Below the pieces are notes generated by a model, which was given only the letters and a program-made list of their open reading frames with translations, searched no databases and was not told the origin of the DNA. A stretch of DNA of 64,000 nucleotides. It comes from Gammaproteobacteria bacterium. Lineage in GTDB: Bacteria > Pseudomonadota > Gammaproteobacteria > GCA-001735895. The position numbers were made by a program, and so were the translations under genes. The stretch covers positions 1-64,000 of the forward strand of contig JBNKUM010000014.1 of the NCBI GenBank assembly GCA_050298595.1, given 5' to 3'. Every line of letters starts with the position of its first letter. Within the stretch, counting starts at the first letter, position 1. This document shows, in pieces, positions 1-9,825 of this stretch.

Positions 1-2
1 GG

Positions 3-650
3 CTGGAGCGTTTTCTGCAACTGTGCGCAGAACACAACATGCAGGTCGTCGTGCCGTCGACGCCGGCCCAGATGTTTCACATGCTGCGGCGGCAGATGGT
101 CCGCTCACTGCGCAAGCCGCTGATCGTCTTCACACCGAAGAGTCTGCTGCGGCATCCGGCATCGACATCCAAGCTGTCGACTCTGAGCGAAGGCCGCTTC
201 CAGGCCCTGATCGACGACGTCGAGACCATCGAGCGGGATGCTGTCACGCGCGTCGTGTTCTGCAGTGGCAAGGTCTATTTCGAGCTCGCGGAAGCGCGAC
301 GCAAACAAAAGATCGACAATGTCGCGCTCGTGCGGATCGAGGAACTTTATCCGTTCCCGATCGACGAATATGCATCGACTATCGACAAATACCGGCACGC
401 GCTGGAAATCGTATGGTGCCAGGAAGAGCCGCAAAATCAGGGCGCCTGGTACCAGATACAACATCACCTGCGCGTGAGTAAGCCTTACTATGTTTCACTT
501 GGCTATTCAGGTCGAGCGCCATCAGCATCACCGGCCTGTGGAAATGCTCGCCTGCATCATATCCAGCAACAGGATCTGATTGATCGTGCTCTATCTGATC
601 AACCAGTAGATGATCCCGGAGAGCGTCTGGAAGATACGGATATTCACTAG
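3..650 (+). CDS. sucA: 2-oxoglutarate dehydrogenase E1, C-terminal part (5' end outside window)
   Basis: Frame open from window start: LERFLQLCAEHNMQVVVPSTPAQMFHMLRRQ...KPLIVFTPKSLLRH...CSGKVYFEL...WCQEEPQNQGAW, the SucA C-terminal signature. Confidence 0.95.
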   Translation: MERFLQLCAEHNMQVVVPSTPAQMFHMLRRQMVRSLRKPLIVFTPKSLLRHPASTSKLSTLSEGRFQALIDDVETIERDAVTRVVFCSGKVYFELAEARRKQKIDNVALVRIEELYPFPIDEYASTIDKYRHALEIVWCQEEPQNQGAWYQIQHHLRVSKPYYVSLGYSGRAPSASPACGNARLHHIQQQDLIDRALSDQPVDDPGERLEDTDIH

Positions 651-665
651 GCATCAATCCAGCAG

Positions 666-697
666 ATATTGGCACCAGTAAATACTGGTGCCAATAT
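666..697. terminator. Perfect inverted repeat between convergent genes; likely bidirectional terminator
   Basis: ATATTGGCACCAGTA-AA-TACTGGTGCCAATAT between the sucA stop and the RND stop. Confidence 0.75.
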
Positions 698-715
698 TCC
701 TGTTAAGAATCACTG

Positions 716-3700
716 CTAGCTTTGCTGGATCCTCGCGTTAACATCATCTGCAGGCCTTATTCGGAACCAGGTGACATACAGCGCCGGCAGGAACAACAAT
801 GTGAGAACTGTACCAACCACAATGCCTCCCATCATGGCATAAGCCATAGGCCCCCAGAAGATCTCACTGGAGATGGGTATAAGTGCCAATGTGGCTGCTG
901 CAGCTGTCAACATAATCGGCCGCATACGATTTTCTGTCGCCTCGATCACGGCTTTCCACGGATCCATACCCTCTTTCCTCAGGGTCTCTATCTGAATAAT
1001 CAGGATAACCGAGTTTCGAATCAGGATACCAATCAAGGCCAGAATACCCAGGATTGCCACAAAGCCCATCGGTGAATTACTTGAAAGCAGTGCAATGACC
1101 ACACCGATCAAGGCTAGAGGTGCAACTGTAAACACCAGGAACAAGCGGTTAAAACTTTGCAGCTGGATCATTAAAATAGTCGCCATGATAAACAACATCA
1201 GCGGCGCTACCGCGGCAATTGGCCCCTGTGCTTTGGCACTTTCCTCGACTGCACCACCAGCAACCACTGAGTATCCCTGTGGTAATGTTTTATTAAAGTC
1301 CATGATTTGTGGTGCTAACTGGGCCACAACCGTTGCTGGCTGTAAATTACCTTCGACACTGGCCTTGACTGTAATGGTCGGTAAACGAGAACGACGCCAG
1401 ATGGTCGGTTGCTCCAGTTCATAATGAAACCTGACCACGGCTGAGAGCGGAACCGACTTGCCATTTGACACCGGCAACTGCAGATTCTGTAATGTTGCAA
1501 TAGAGCCGCGCTCTGAGTTTTGCGCACGGCTTACCACATCAACGAGATAGATATCATCACGTACCTGTGTAACCCGAGAACCTGCGACTATTCCGTTTAG
1601 TGCAGTTGCTATATCTTCTGAAGTCACGCCAAGCTGTCGAGCCTTATCCTGTAGCACATCAATCTTGACTACGCGCGCGGGCTCATTCCAGTCGAAGATG
1701 AGACCTGACAGATTTTCATTGCCACCAACAATACCTGCAAGCTGCTGAGCAAGTTTGCGCACAGTCTGCACATCCGGGCCGCTGACACGATACTGTACGG
1801 GCTTGCCCACAGGTGGGCCAATAGCCAACAGCTTGACGTATGCCTCTGTCCCTGGAAAGGTCTTCGTCAGGTATTCCTTAAACTGCCCGCGTAGTCGGTC
1901 TCGAGCTGCGATACTTTTTGTCACCATAACCGTTTGACCAAACGATACATCAGCTGGTTGAACATCGTAGGACAGCACAAATCGTGGTGCACCCTGTCCC
2001 ACATAGGATGACCAGTGGTCGATATCTTCATTGCCAACCAGCATGTCATTTTCAAACTGAGTGATCTGTCTATTGGTCTCTAAAATTGAAGAGTTCTGAG
2101 GCAGATACCAGTCAACAATCAGCTCTACGCGATCCGATGAAGGAAAGAACTGCTGCTGGACAAACCCCATACCACCCAGAGAGGCTGCAAATGCTATTAC
2201 TGTCAGAGTAATCGTCACCCAACGGAAACGCATACACCAATGCAGCAATGAAGAAAATATTGACGCCATAGCGCTCTTCTTTTCATGATGCTGCTGCATG
2301 CTTTTTGGCATCAGAGTGACACCGAGTAACGGCGTGAACAAAACAGCGACCACCCATGAAACAGTAAGTGAAACTGCGATGACCACAAACAGGGTGAAGG
2401 TAAACTCACCCGCCGCGCTACTATTGAGTCCGACGGGAATAAACCCGGCCACCGTAACCAGCGTCCCCGTCAGCATCGGAAATGCTGTCGAGGTGTAAAC
2501 ATAGGTAGCCGCTTTGCGAAGTGTGTCACCCACCTCTAATCGAGCTACCATCATTTCAACCGCAATCATGGCATCATCCACAAGCAGCCCCAGTGCAATA
2601 ATGAGTGCGCCCAGAGAAATTCGCTGTAATGAAATGCCGCTATACTCCATCACCAGAAAAGTTATCGCCAGAACCAGAGGGATAGAGATGGCCACCACCA
2701 GACCGGCACGCATGCCAAGACTGATAAAGCTGATTGCAAGAACAATGGCCACCGCTTCAAACAGGGCCTGAGTGAAACCAGATACCGCTTCTTCAACCAC
2801 AGCCGGTTGATCAGATACCTGCCCTATTTCGACACCAACCGGCATCTCGGCAATAATATTTTGCATCTGCTTATGCAGTGCGTCACCAAATTCCAGCAGG
2901 TTTGCGCCGGTCTTCATACCTATAGCCAGAGCGATAGCTTCCCTGCCATTGTATCGAAACAGCGAACTCGGTGGATCGGCATAGCCACGCCTGATAGTAG
3001 CGACATCCGTTAACGGAAAAAAGCGATCATTAACGCGCAGATTAATGCTGCGTAAGCTGTCCTCGGAAGTGAACTGGCCGCTAACGCGCAGTGCAATTCG
3101 CTCTGGCCCATTCTGGGAAAAGCCTGATGCTGTGACCGCATTTTGAGCCTTCAACGTGGATAGCACAGCCAGCTTGTCAATACCCAAAGCTGCAATCTTG
3201 CGTGTAGAGAATTCTAGGTAAATCACCTCTTCCTGAGCGCCAATGATATCTACCTTACCAACATTTGGCACATGCAATACCTGAGCGCGAGCCTCTTCAA
3301 CATAATCCCTTAATTGACGTTGACTTAGACCATCACTGGTGAAAGCGTAGATGTTTCCAAAAACATCTCCAAATCGATCATTAAAATAAGGGCCAATGAC
3401 ACCACTGGGAAAACTGCCTTTAATGTCAGCAATCATATTGCGTATCTTGACCCAGGTAGGCGACACATCCTTTGCTTTTGTAGTCGCTAACAGATTCACG
3501 AAAACTATAGTCTTACCGGCAGTCGTAATGCTTTTGGTATAATCCAGCGAGTCCAGCTCTTCGAGCTTCTTCTCTATGCGGTCTGTGACCTGTTTGGTCA
3601 CTTCTTCGGCAGAGGCACCAGGCCATTGAGCCTGGATCAGCATCGTTTTAATGGTGAAGTTAGGGTCTTCCTCACGCCCCAGGTTTAGATAGGACATGAA

Positions 3701-3784
3701 ACCTGCAATCAGGAAAACAATCATGAAATACCAGACCAGCGAACGGTGCTCTAATGCCCAGTCAGAAAGGTTGAACTTTTTCAT
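716..3784 (-). CDS. RND efflux transporter permease (AcrB family, TriC/MexK-like)
   Basis: 1022 aa; FNLSDWAL N-terminus, LGREEDP, GLLVDDA and RMRPIMLT motifs, two hydrophobic TM blocks. Confidence 0.93.
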   Translation of the reverse strand: MKKFNLSDWALEHRSLVWYFMIVFLIAGFMSYLNLGREEDPNFTIKTMLIQAQWPGASAEEVTKQVTDRIEKKLEELDSLDYTKSITTAGKTIVFVNLLATTKAKDVSPTWVKIRNMIADIKGSFPSGVIGPYFNDRFGDVFGNIYAFTSDGLSQRQLRDYVEEARAQVLHVPNVGKVDIIGAQEEVIYLEFSTRKIAALGIDKLAVLSTLKAQNAVTASGFSQNGPERIALRVSGQFTSEDSLRSINLRVNDRFFPLTDVATIRRGYADPPSSLFRYNGREAIALAIGMKTGANLLEFGDALHKQMQNIIAEMPVGVEIGQVSDQPAVVEEAVSGFTQALFEAVAIVLAISFISLGMRAGLVVAISIPLVLAITFLVMEYSGISLQRISLGALIIALGLLVDDAMIAVEMMVARLEVGDTLRKAATYVYTSTAFPMLTGTLVTVAGFIPVGLNSSAAGEFTFTLFVVIAVSLTVSWVVAVLFTPLLGVTLMPKSMQQHHEKKSAMASIFSSLLHWCMRFRWVTITLTVIAFAASLGGMGFVQQQFFPSSDRVELIVDWYLPQNSSILETNRQITQFENDMLVGNEDIDHWSSYVGQGAPRFVLSYDVQPADVSFGQTVMVTKSIAARDRLRGQFKEYLTKTFPGTEAYVKLLAIGPPVGKPVQYRVSGPDVQTVRKLAQQLAGIVGGNENLSGLIFDWNEPARVVKIDVLQDKARQLGVTSEDIATALNGIVAGSRVTQVRDDIYLVDVVSRAQNSERGSIATLQNLQLPVSNGKSVPLSAVVRFHYELEQPTIWRRSRLPTITVKASVEGNLQPATVVAQLAPQIMDFNKTLPQGYSVVAGGAVEESAKAQGPIAAVAPLMLFIMATILMIQLQSFNRLFLVFTVAPLALIGVVIALLSSNSPMGFVAILGILALIGILIRNSVILIIQIETLRKEGMDPWKAVIEATENRMRPIMLTAAAATLALIPISSEIFWGPMAYAMMGGIVVGTVLTLLFLPALYVTWFRIRPADDVNARIQQS

Positions 3785-4866
3785 AATGAGCCCTCTTCAT
3801 CGATTCTAACCTGTTGCCCATCCTGCAAACTGTGGACACCAGCTACTGCAACCCTTTCGCCTGTTTGAAGACCGGAAAGTATGATCACATTTTCACCACT
3901 ATTATCTTTGTTTTTTAACGACACCTTGCGACGCAGCACAGAATTTGTATCAGGGTCGACTACCCAGACCGTACTGGTTTCACCTTCCTGCAATATGGCC
4001 GATTGAGGCAGTATGATCTGTGGTTCTACTTTGGTAGTTGCTGAGGCAGTCACGATGGTGCCGAGGCGGAAAGATGGCGGCGGATCAAGCAGGCTAATTT
4101 TGATCCTGTGGGTACGAGTCGTCGCATCAGACTGCGGTGCAATTTCACGAACCGTACCGGCAGCCTGTATTGAAGGTTCAAGCTGTAATGATATCTCAAA
4201 CACTGCTCCCGGTTTAATGGCAGCTATTTCATCTTCAGGCACATCTATAATGACATCGCGTAGATCGGGTCGCGCCTCAATAAACGCAGTTTCACCCGCA
4301 GAAAGTACCTGACCCACCTCCGCCGAAACAGCAGTAATCACTCCGTCAAATTCTGCACGCAGCTGAGCATAGCTAAGCTGCTCTCTGGCTTTGGCAAGAT
4401 TAGCCTTCGCTCTGGCAACGGATGCTTCGGCGCTTTCCTTGACCAGTAACGCATTTTCATATTCCGCCTGAGAGGCAGAGTCCACCTGCGACAACTCGAA
4501 TTGGCGTCGCTCACTCAGACTGGCGTTTCTTAATTCTGCTTCGGTATTTGAAAGTTCTGCCTCTGCGCTACGAACAGACAACTCAAGAACCAGAGGATCG
4601 ATCATTGCTAGCAACTGGCCTTTTTTTACAATATCGCCAATATTAGCCTCTCGTTTGATCACTCGACCTAACAGCCTGAAACCCAGTTCAGCTTCTATAC
4701 GGGGCTCAACGGTACCTGCGAACTGTACCCGGGTTTCCGCCTCAGGCATGACCAGCACTGAAAGTAGTGGCCTTACAACGTCATGCGACTCCGCCTCTTT
4801 ATCTTCACATCCCGACAAAAATACTGGAACAATCAGTGACAGAAATAAAAAATTACGCCAGCTCAT
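3781..4866 (-). CDS. RND periplasmic adaptor (membrane fusion protein), lipoprotein
   Basis: Lipobox LSGC; LGFRLLGRV, GDIVKKGQLLA, LRAEFDGVIT; overlaps RND start by 4 nt. Confidence 0.9.
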   Translation of the reverse strand: MSWRNFLFLSLIVPVFLSGCEDKEAESHDVVRPLLSVLVMPEAETRVQFAGTVEPRIEAELGFRLLGRVIKREANIGDIVKKGQLLAMIDPLVLELSVRSAEAELSNTEAELRNASLSERRQFELSQVDSASQAEYENALLVKESAEASVARAKANLAKAREQLSYAQLRAEFDGVITAVSAEVGQVLSAGETAFIEARPDLRDVIIDVPEDEIAAIKPGAVFEISLQLEPSIQAAGTVREIAPQSDATTRTHRIKISLLDPPPSFRLGTIVTASATTKVEPQIILPQSAILQEGETSTVWVVDPDTNSVLRRKVSLKNKDNSGENVIILSGLQTGERVAVAGVHSLQDGQQVRIDEEGSL

Positions 4867-5945
4867 ATTGCCTCCTTGTTAAGGATAGATACCTGCTGAC
4901 CTGTGCGTAATAATTTTCCGCCCTCGCTGACGACCAGATCGCCATCCTTTAAGCCATCGGTTACAGCAAATAAACCTGTTTCATAGTCTGAGACCTGAAC
5001 CGCTTGCAGTGAAACCTTGCTTCTATCCGGGTCGATTATCCAGACTGCAGGTTTACCATCGATTGAAGCCATTGCACTCCATGGGAGCAGCATGACCTGT
5101 TTGGACTGGTAAGAGAATCGTCCAGTGACAATGGCACCCAATGGCATGATAGAGCCCTGTTCACCTAGATCGACCTTAACCCGGATAGTACCTGTTGATG
5201 CATCTATGGTTGGAGACACTTCCCGTACTGTCGCAGTGATGGTTATGGAGGGGTCAGACAGCAGGGAAACTTCAATCCTGTCATCTGACTGATTATTCAG
5301 AAATAGCGATTCAAACACATTGAATACCGCATCACGCTTGCCCTCATGTGCCAGGGTGAATACAGTCTGTGCTGCCTGCTGAACCTGACCAACTTCAGCG
5401 TTACGTGCCGTAATAATGCCATCTGCATCAGCCCTCAGGTCAGTAAAACTCAGGGTATCTTTAGCACTGGCAAGAACCGCTCTCGCAGCATCTACTGAGC
5501 CTTCAGCCGTACGCAACGCCGCTTCGGCCTGGTCATAGTTGGCTTTTGATGTAATCTGGGTAGCTAACAGTTCCTTCTGGCGTTTCAGTGCCAATGTCGC
5601 CTGCCGAAGTTGAGCCTGTGCCGCTGCCAGACCCGCTTTGGCCACATCAACATCAGCCTGCTGCTGGGCTGGATCAATGCGTGCTAGGATATCGCCCGCT
5701 TTGACATGACTACCCACTTCAACATTGCGCTCAATGATGCGTCCAGATACGCGGAAAGAAAGCTGCGTTTCAGTTCTAGCTGTTACCGAACCAGATAACG
5801 TCGCGTTGGAGGTAAACTCAGTCGTCCTGGCTTCGACTGCGATGACCGCTTTCGGCTGAGCAGGAGGCACTATTTTTTTATCGTCGCAGGACACAAGCGA
5901 CATTGCGATGAGCAAAAAAGCAAAAAGCTTTCTTATTTCAATCAT
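4863..5945 (-). CDS. Second RND periplasmic adaptor (membrane fusion protein), lipoprotein
   Basis: Lipobox LVSC; LSFRVSGRI, GSHVKAGDILARID, LRADADGIIT. Confidence 0.9.
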   Translation of the reverse strand: MIEIRKLFAFLLIAMSLVSCDDKKIVPPAQPKAVIAVEARTTEFTSNATLSGSVTARTETQLSFRVSGRIIERNVEVGSHVKAGDILARIDPAQQQADVDVAKAGLAAAQAQLRQATLALKRQKELLATQITSKANYDQAEAALRTAEGSVDAARAVLASAKDTLSFTDLRADADGIITARNAEVGQVQQAAQTVFTLAHEGKRDAVFNVFESLFLNNQSDDRIEVSLLSDPSITITATVREVSPTIDASTGTIRVKVDLGEQGSIMPLGAIVTGRFSYQSKQVMLLPWSAMASIDGKPAVWIIDPDRSKVSLQAVQVSDYETGLFAVTDGLKDGDLVVSEGGKLLRTGQQVSILNKEAI

Positions 5946-6117
5946 GACTTTTCTCTATCTTTGGTGAGGTATCATCAGGAAAACTATAGCCTATACCTTC
6001 AAAAAACTCGGTAGTATACAAAATTGCAGAGCTTGCATATTGTAAAATATTAATTATCACAGATTATTCCAGGGTATTTTTAATGATTGTCAATCGAACA
6101 GGATACAATCAGACACC

Positions 6118-6460
6118 ATGAGATCTGAACAACGAGAAGCAACTCGCGAACAAATCTTGAGCGCAGCCTTAATGGCAATATCAGAGTCTGGTTTTGACTG
6201 CGTGAGTACAGGGACTATTGCCGAGCGCGCAGGCATCAGGCAGGAACTGCTCACTTATCACTTCAAGTGAAGGAAGAACAATGGCATACCGCAGTAGACC
6301 ACCTGTTTGCTATGGCAAATGATTCAATACAGGAAGTACTTACTTCCCCGCACCCGTTGATCCACTAAAACAGAGGCGTAATTTAATTCGCCAGATGGTT
6401 TACTTCAGTGCCGCCCATCCTGAATTTTACGATATATGCCAGGCTGTTAACACGTGTTGA
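6118..6460 (+). pseudogene. Frameshifted TetR-family regulator divergent from the efflux operon
   Basis: MRSEQREATREQILSAALMAISESGFDCVSTGTIAERAGIRQELLTYHFK* (6118-6270); continues in shifted frames as KEEQWHTAVDHLFA and LIRQMVYFSAAHPEF. Not in the ORF track. Confidence 0.8.
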
Positions 6461-6566
6461 TCCTTGATTGGAAGCAGCGATCAATCGACATGCTGACTAT
6501 CTTGCTATTTTAATGGTGCCAGCATCTTCTTTGAGGATATAATAACTAAGCTGAAAACTAAAAAAG

Positions 6567-6591
6567 ATCGAGGTTCAAAATGAACCTCGAT
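6567..6591 (-). terminator. Rho-independent terminator closing the scn/ABC/SQR operon
   Basis: ATCGAGGTTCA-AAA-TGAACCTCGAT followed on the minus strand by CTTTTTT. Confidence 0.75.
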
Positions 6592-6652
6592 TAAAACTCC
6601 ACTTTAAAACATCATAGAGTTGTGTAGAGGTATTAAGGCCAGATAGAAAAAA

Positions 6653-7081
6653 CTAACCACCTCGTCTGTGTATGTCGCGTAAGCTTTCACTCAAATGCGC
6701 ACCAATCAAAGACATCATACGAAGACCTTCCTGGATTCCCGGCTCGGATATCATTTTAAGCAAACCGCCAATACCGCCTTTTGCAGGTGGTGCAATGGCT
6801 ATGTCACGACTGGTTTTTGTTAATGCAGACGATAAACCAAGCAGTAACGCCTGATTGTCAGGATGATCAAGTTCCTGCAATAGTTTAATCAATCCTTCGT
6901 TTCGAGTTACCCGATCAAGTAACACCATGCCTTCACTGAATGCAGAAGCCAGGCGTGCAACCATATCATCAGTTAAAGCGTCTTGAGTCGCAGCAACAAT
7001 CGAAGCAAATTCAGTCAATCTCTGGAGGTCAGAAGTACTGATAGTTGTTGTATCAGAGGATGAGTTATTTTGTTCAGTCAT
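6653..7081 (-). CDS. DUF1641-like helical protein accompanying SQR
   Basis: DALTDDMVARLA and GGIGGLLKMISEPGIQEGL motifs; start placed at MTEQ after a GAGGA RBS. Confidence 0.7.
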   Translation of the reverse strand: MTEQNNSSSDTTTISTSDLQRLTEFASIVAATQDALTDDMVARLASAFSEGMVLLDRVTRNEGLIKLLQELDHPDNQALLLGLSSALTKTSRDIAIAPPAKGGIGGLLKMISEPGIQEGLRMMSLIGAHLSESLRDIHRRGG

Positions 7082-7092
7082 GATCTTTTTCC

Positions 7093-8226
7093 TCAAAGTA
7101 GTCCACGTACACTGGTCCAGTACATTTTGTTATAAGACGTTTTAAACCAGTGCATAGGTTGATTGGCAGGTTTCAGATCGGGCGGATTAAGGTAGTTAAA
7201 CATAGCGTACGTCGCCTTATCATGACCCGCTTCAATGAAACAGTACACTTTGCCGTCATATTCTGTTACAGGCGTACCTATCTTTATCATAGAAGCTATA
7301 TTTTCTGAAATCACCTCTGCTTCAAAATGAGCAGCAGAACCTGTTTTACTGACGGGAAGATTTGTAGTATCACCGACTACATAAACATTATCGTATCCCT
7401 CCATAGTCAATGAATGTCTATCAGTTGGAATCCAGCCATCCTGACCCAGACCATTTCTTTCAATGACACCCATACCATGATGCTCAGGAACTGATATCAG
7501 CAGATCGTATTTGTACTCAGATCCTTCCATACTTTTGACAACCTTATTTTCCACATCCACTTCTTCGACGTTAAATAAAGTCTCATACTCTACTCCCATT
7601 TCATCAAACTGAGGCCTGGCCCAGATTGCAACATTTTCAATGCTGTGGATTCTGTTAATAGGGTAGTGGTACTTAATATTGACCTTATCCCGTATTCCTC
7701 TTGCAGTAAAATACTCATGTAAAGCGAACGTTATTTCAACCGGTGCTATCGGGCATTTATGCGGCACACCGACGACAATACCAATATTGCCACCCTCAAA
7801 TTCACGCAGCTTTTTGAACATGCTAATAGCACCTTTCTCGGTGTAGCAGGTTTCAGAGCCCTCTTCCAGTCCCGGGATTTTTTTAGGCATTATGCGTGAA
7901 CCTGTGGCGATTACGAGAACATCATAGAAGTACTCCTTACCGCTTTGGGTTCTTACTTTTTTCTTATCAAGCTCAAACTTTTCGACGGGATCAACATGAA
8001 AATCGATGCTCGTTTCTAGTAAACTAGCCTGATCACGATACAGTTCATCAGGCATCATCTGGCCAAACGCAACATATAGTAATCCTGGTTGATACATATG
8101 CTGATCCGAAGCAGATAGCATGGTTATATGTACCTTGCGTTTTTTTATTTCTTTATCCAGACGTCTGGCTAAATTATTTGCAACAATGGTTCCACCGGTG
8201 CCTCCACCAACAACCAAGATTCTCAT
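7093..8226 (-). CDS. Sulfide:quinone oxidoreductase-like flavoprotein (short, type III-like)
   Basis: GGGTGG FAD motif, HMYQPGLLY, KCPIAP and YDGKVYCFIE carrying the two redox Cys positions, VYVVGD. Confidence 0.85.
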   Translation of the reverse strand: MRILVVGGGTGGTIVANNLARRLDKEIKKRKVHITMLSASDQHMYQPGLLYVAFGQMMPDELYRDQASLLETSIDFHVDPVEKFELDKKKVRTQSGKEYFYDVLVIATGSRIMPKKIPGLEEGSETCYTEKGAISMFKKLREFEGGNIGIVVGVPHKCPIAPVEITFALHEYFTARGIRDKVNIKYHYPINRIHSIENVAIWARPQFDEMGVEYETLFNVEEVDVENKVVKSMEGSEYKYDLLISVPEHHGMGVIERNGLGQDGWIPTDRHSLTMEGYDNVYVVGDTTNLPVSKTGSAAHFEAEVISENIASMIKIGTPVTEYDGKVYCFIEAGHDKATYAMFNYLNPPDLKPANQPMHWFKTSYNKMYWTSVRGLL

Positions 8227-8300
8227 TATATTTTCCTCTAGAAACTATTAATTTATTTCTGCAGCGTAGACAGAATTTATATTGTTAACAGGACAGACTT

Positions 8301-8531
8301 TTATTTAGCCTTACGTACAGTGATATGCCATACATCACCCACCTGCTCACTACTTACCATTTCATGACCAATTTTATTTACCCATTCCGGGACATCTGTT
8401 GCTGTCCCATTGTCAGTCGACAGTAATTCAATACTGTCACCGACTTCGGCCTGTTTCATATAAGTAATCAGTTCCATCAGTGGCCCTGGGCAATAGGTAT
8501 TACATGCATCAACTATTTTGTGTTCGCTCAT
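8301..8531 (-). CDS. TusA-family sulfur carrier
   Basis: 76 aa; DACNTYCPGPL (CPxP motif), D-V-P-E-W, ends ITVRKAK. Confidence 0.9.
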   Translation of the reverse strand: MSEHKIVDACNTYCPGPLMELITYMKQAEVGDSIELLSTDNGTATDVPEWVNKIGHEMVSSEQVGDVWHITVRKAK

Positions 8532-8572
8532 ACTTTAACTCCTCGAATTTATTTAATCGTGTCTCTATCTAA

Positions 8573-8962
8573 CTAGAAAGTAAAAACCTGTGAGCCTTCG
8601 GCATCCATTAGAAATTTGGTTAACCCCGTCGCCTCACCAAATCCAGCTTCAAGGTCTTTATCAGTGATTTCCAGTAAATCTAACGCCATCGAACAAGGTA
8701 ATAACTTTGCATCACCCAACTCGGCTGCCTGTTGGAATAATTGCTTAAAAGGGGGCACTCCTTTTTTATCCAGAAGCCCCCCGAATTCCCCCTCTGCCGG
8801 GGCTACAGTTGCATTCCCTTTCACAAAATAAGTAAGTGCATTCATGGAAAAAAATACAGTGACTTCATCTCCGCTAGCTGCGCCAACCGATGCAACCATA
8901 GCCGCCATCTGTAATTTTTCATGTGTGCCGGAAAGACACACTATGTCAATTTGCCTGGGCAT
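8573..8962 (-). CDS. DsrE/DsrF/DrsH-like (DsrE2-type) sulfur-relay protein
   Basis: 129 aa; EVTVFFS, LPCSMALDL with the conserved Cys, GLTKFL. Confidence 0.85.
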   Translation of the reverse strand: MPRQIDIVCLSGTHEKLQMAAMVASVGAASGDEVTVFFSMNALTYFVKGNATVAPAEGEFGGLLDKKGVPPFKQLFQQAAELGDAKLLPCSMALDLLEITDKDLEAGFGEATGLTKFLMDAEGSQVFTF

Positions 8963-9022
8963 TATCAGTACTCCAATTTTTAGAAATAATTTTTAGAAAT
9001 AATTTTTTAACGACAAATTTCA

Positions 9023-9811
9023 TCAGTTACGGTGCCAGCAATAGTTTTTAATGATAAAGGCACAGGAACTATCAAGAATGTAACCTATGACACCAATGAC
9101 GAGCACCATGGCTGTAAGATGGTCGTAGGATAAAGTCTCTCTCGCATCTGCAATCGAATATCCTAATCCTGAAGTAACTCCAAGAAACTCAGCAGGTACT
9201 AACACGATCCATGCAACGCCCAGTGCCGCTCTTATGCCGGTCATAATATCGAATGAAATAGCAGGTAAAATAATCTCTGTCAGAGTCTGCCAGCGACTGG
9301 CTCCCAGATTTCGCGCGACCTTAAACCAGTTTGGATCCACTTTGGCCAGACCTGCGGCAGTAGAGAATGCCACCGGCCATATCGAAGCAATAGATAGAAG
9401 AAAAATGATCGCCTGATCCCAGGAAAGGAATACAATTACGGCGATAGGTTCCCATGATAACGGGCTGATCATTCGTAACAGTTGAAATGGTGAATTACTC
9501 AGTTCTTTAAAAGTTTTACTGCGTCCGAGTAAGATACCTATAGGGATACCTAGAGATATCGCTATAAACAAAGCTATGCCTAACCGATAACCACTGGATT
9601 TAACAGCATCCTGGATAGTCCCATCTGCAAACAGAGCTGGATAAGCTTTGAAGGTAGGTATGGGGCCAAAGTCAGCAAAATTTACTGTATCTGGATTTAT
9701 AGATAGTAAATATCCACCAAGCCACCAGAAACTGAACAGTATTGCCAGGCCTGCAGCCCAGTTAAACAGTGGGCGACCTAACATTTTGATGCCATCTTCA
9801 TTCTTTGCCAT
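9023..9811 (-). CDS. ABC transporter permease (nitrate/sulfonate/cyanate family)
   Basis: LGIPIGILLG, LRMISPLSW, EAA-loop ARNLGASRWQ, LVPAEFLGVTSGLGY. Confidence 0.9.
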   Translation of the reverse strand: MAKNEDGIKMLGRPLFNWAAGLAILFSFWWLGGYLLSINPDTVNFADFGPIPTFKAYPALFADGTIQDAVKSSGYRLGIALFIAISLGIPIGILLGRSKTFKELSNSPFQLLRMISPLSWEPIAVIVFLSWDQAIIFLLSIASIWPVAFSTAAGLAKVDPNWFKVARNLGASRWQTLTEIILPAISFDIMTGIRAALGVAWIVLVPAEFLGVTSGLGYSIADARETLSYDHLTAMVLVIGVIGYILDSSCAFIIKNYCWHRN

Positions 9812-9825
9812 AATTCAATTACTCT

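Noticed and set aside
23-481. 152-aa alternate-frame ORF over sucA, and the many short ORFs nested in or antisense to long genes across the window
   Set aside because: They overlap well-supported genes and show no recognisable motifs
8975-9007. AATTTTTAGAAAT tandem repeat (about 2.5 copies) before dsrE
   Set aside because: Short and AT-rich; consistent with slippage, no evidence of function
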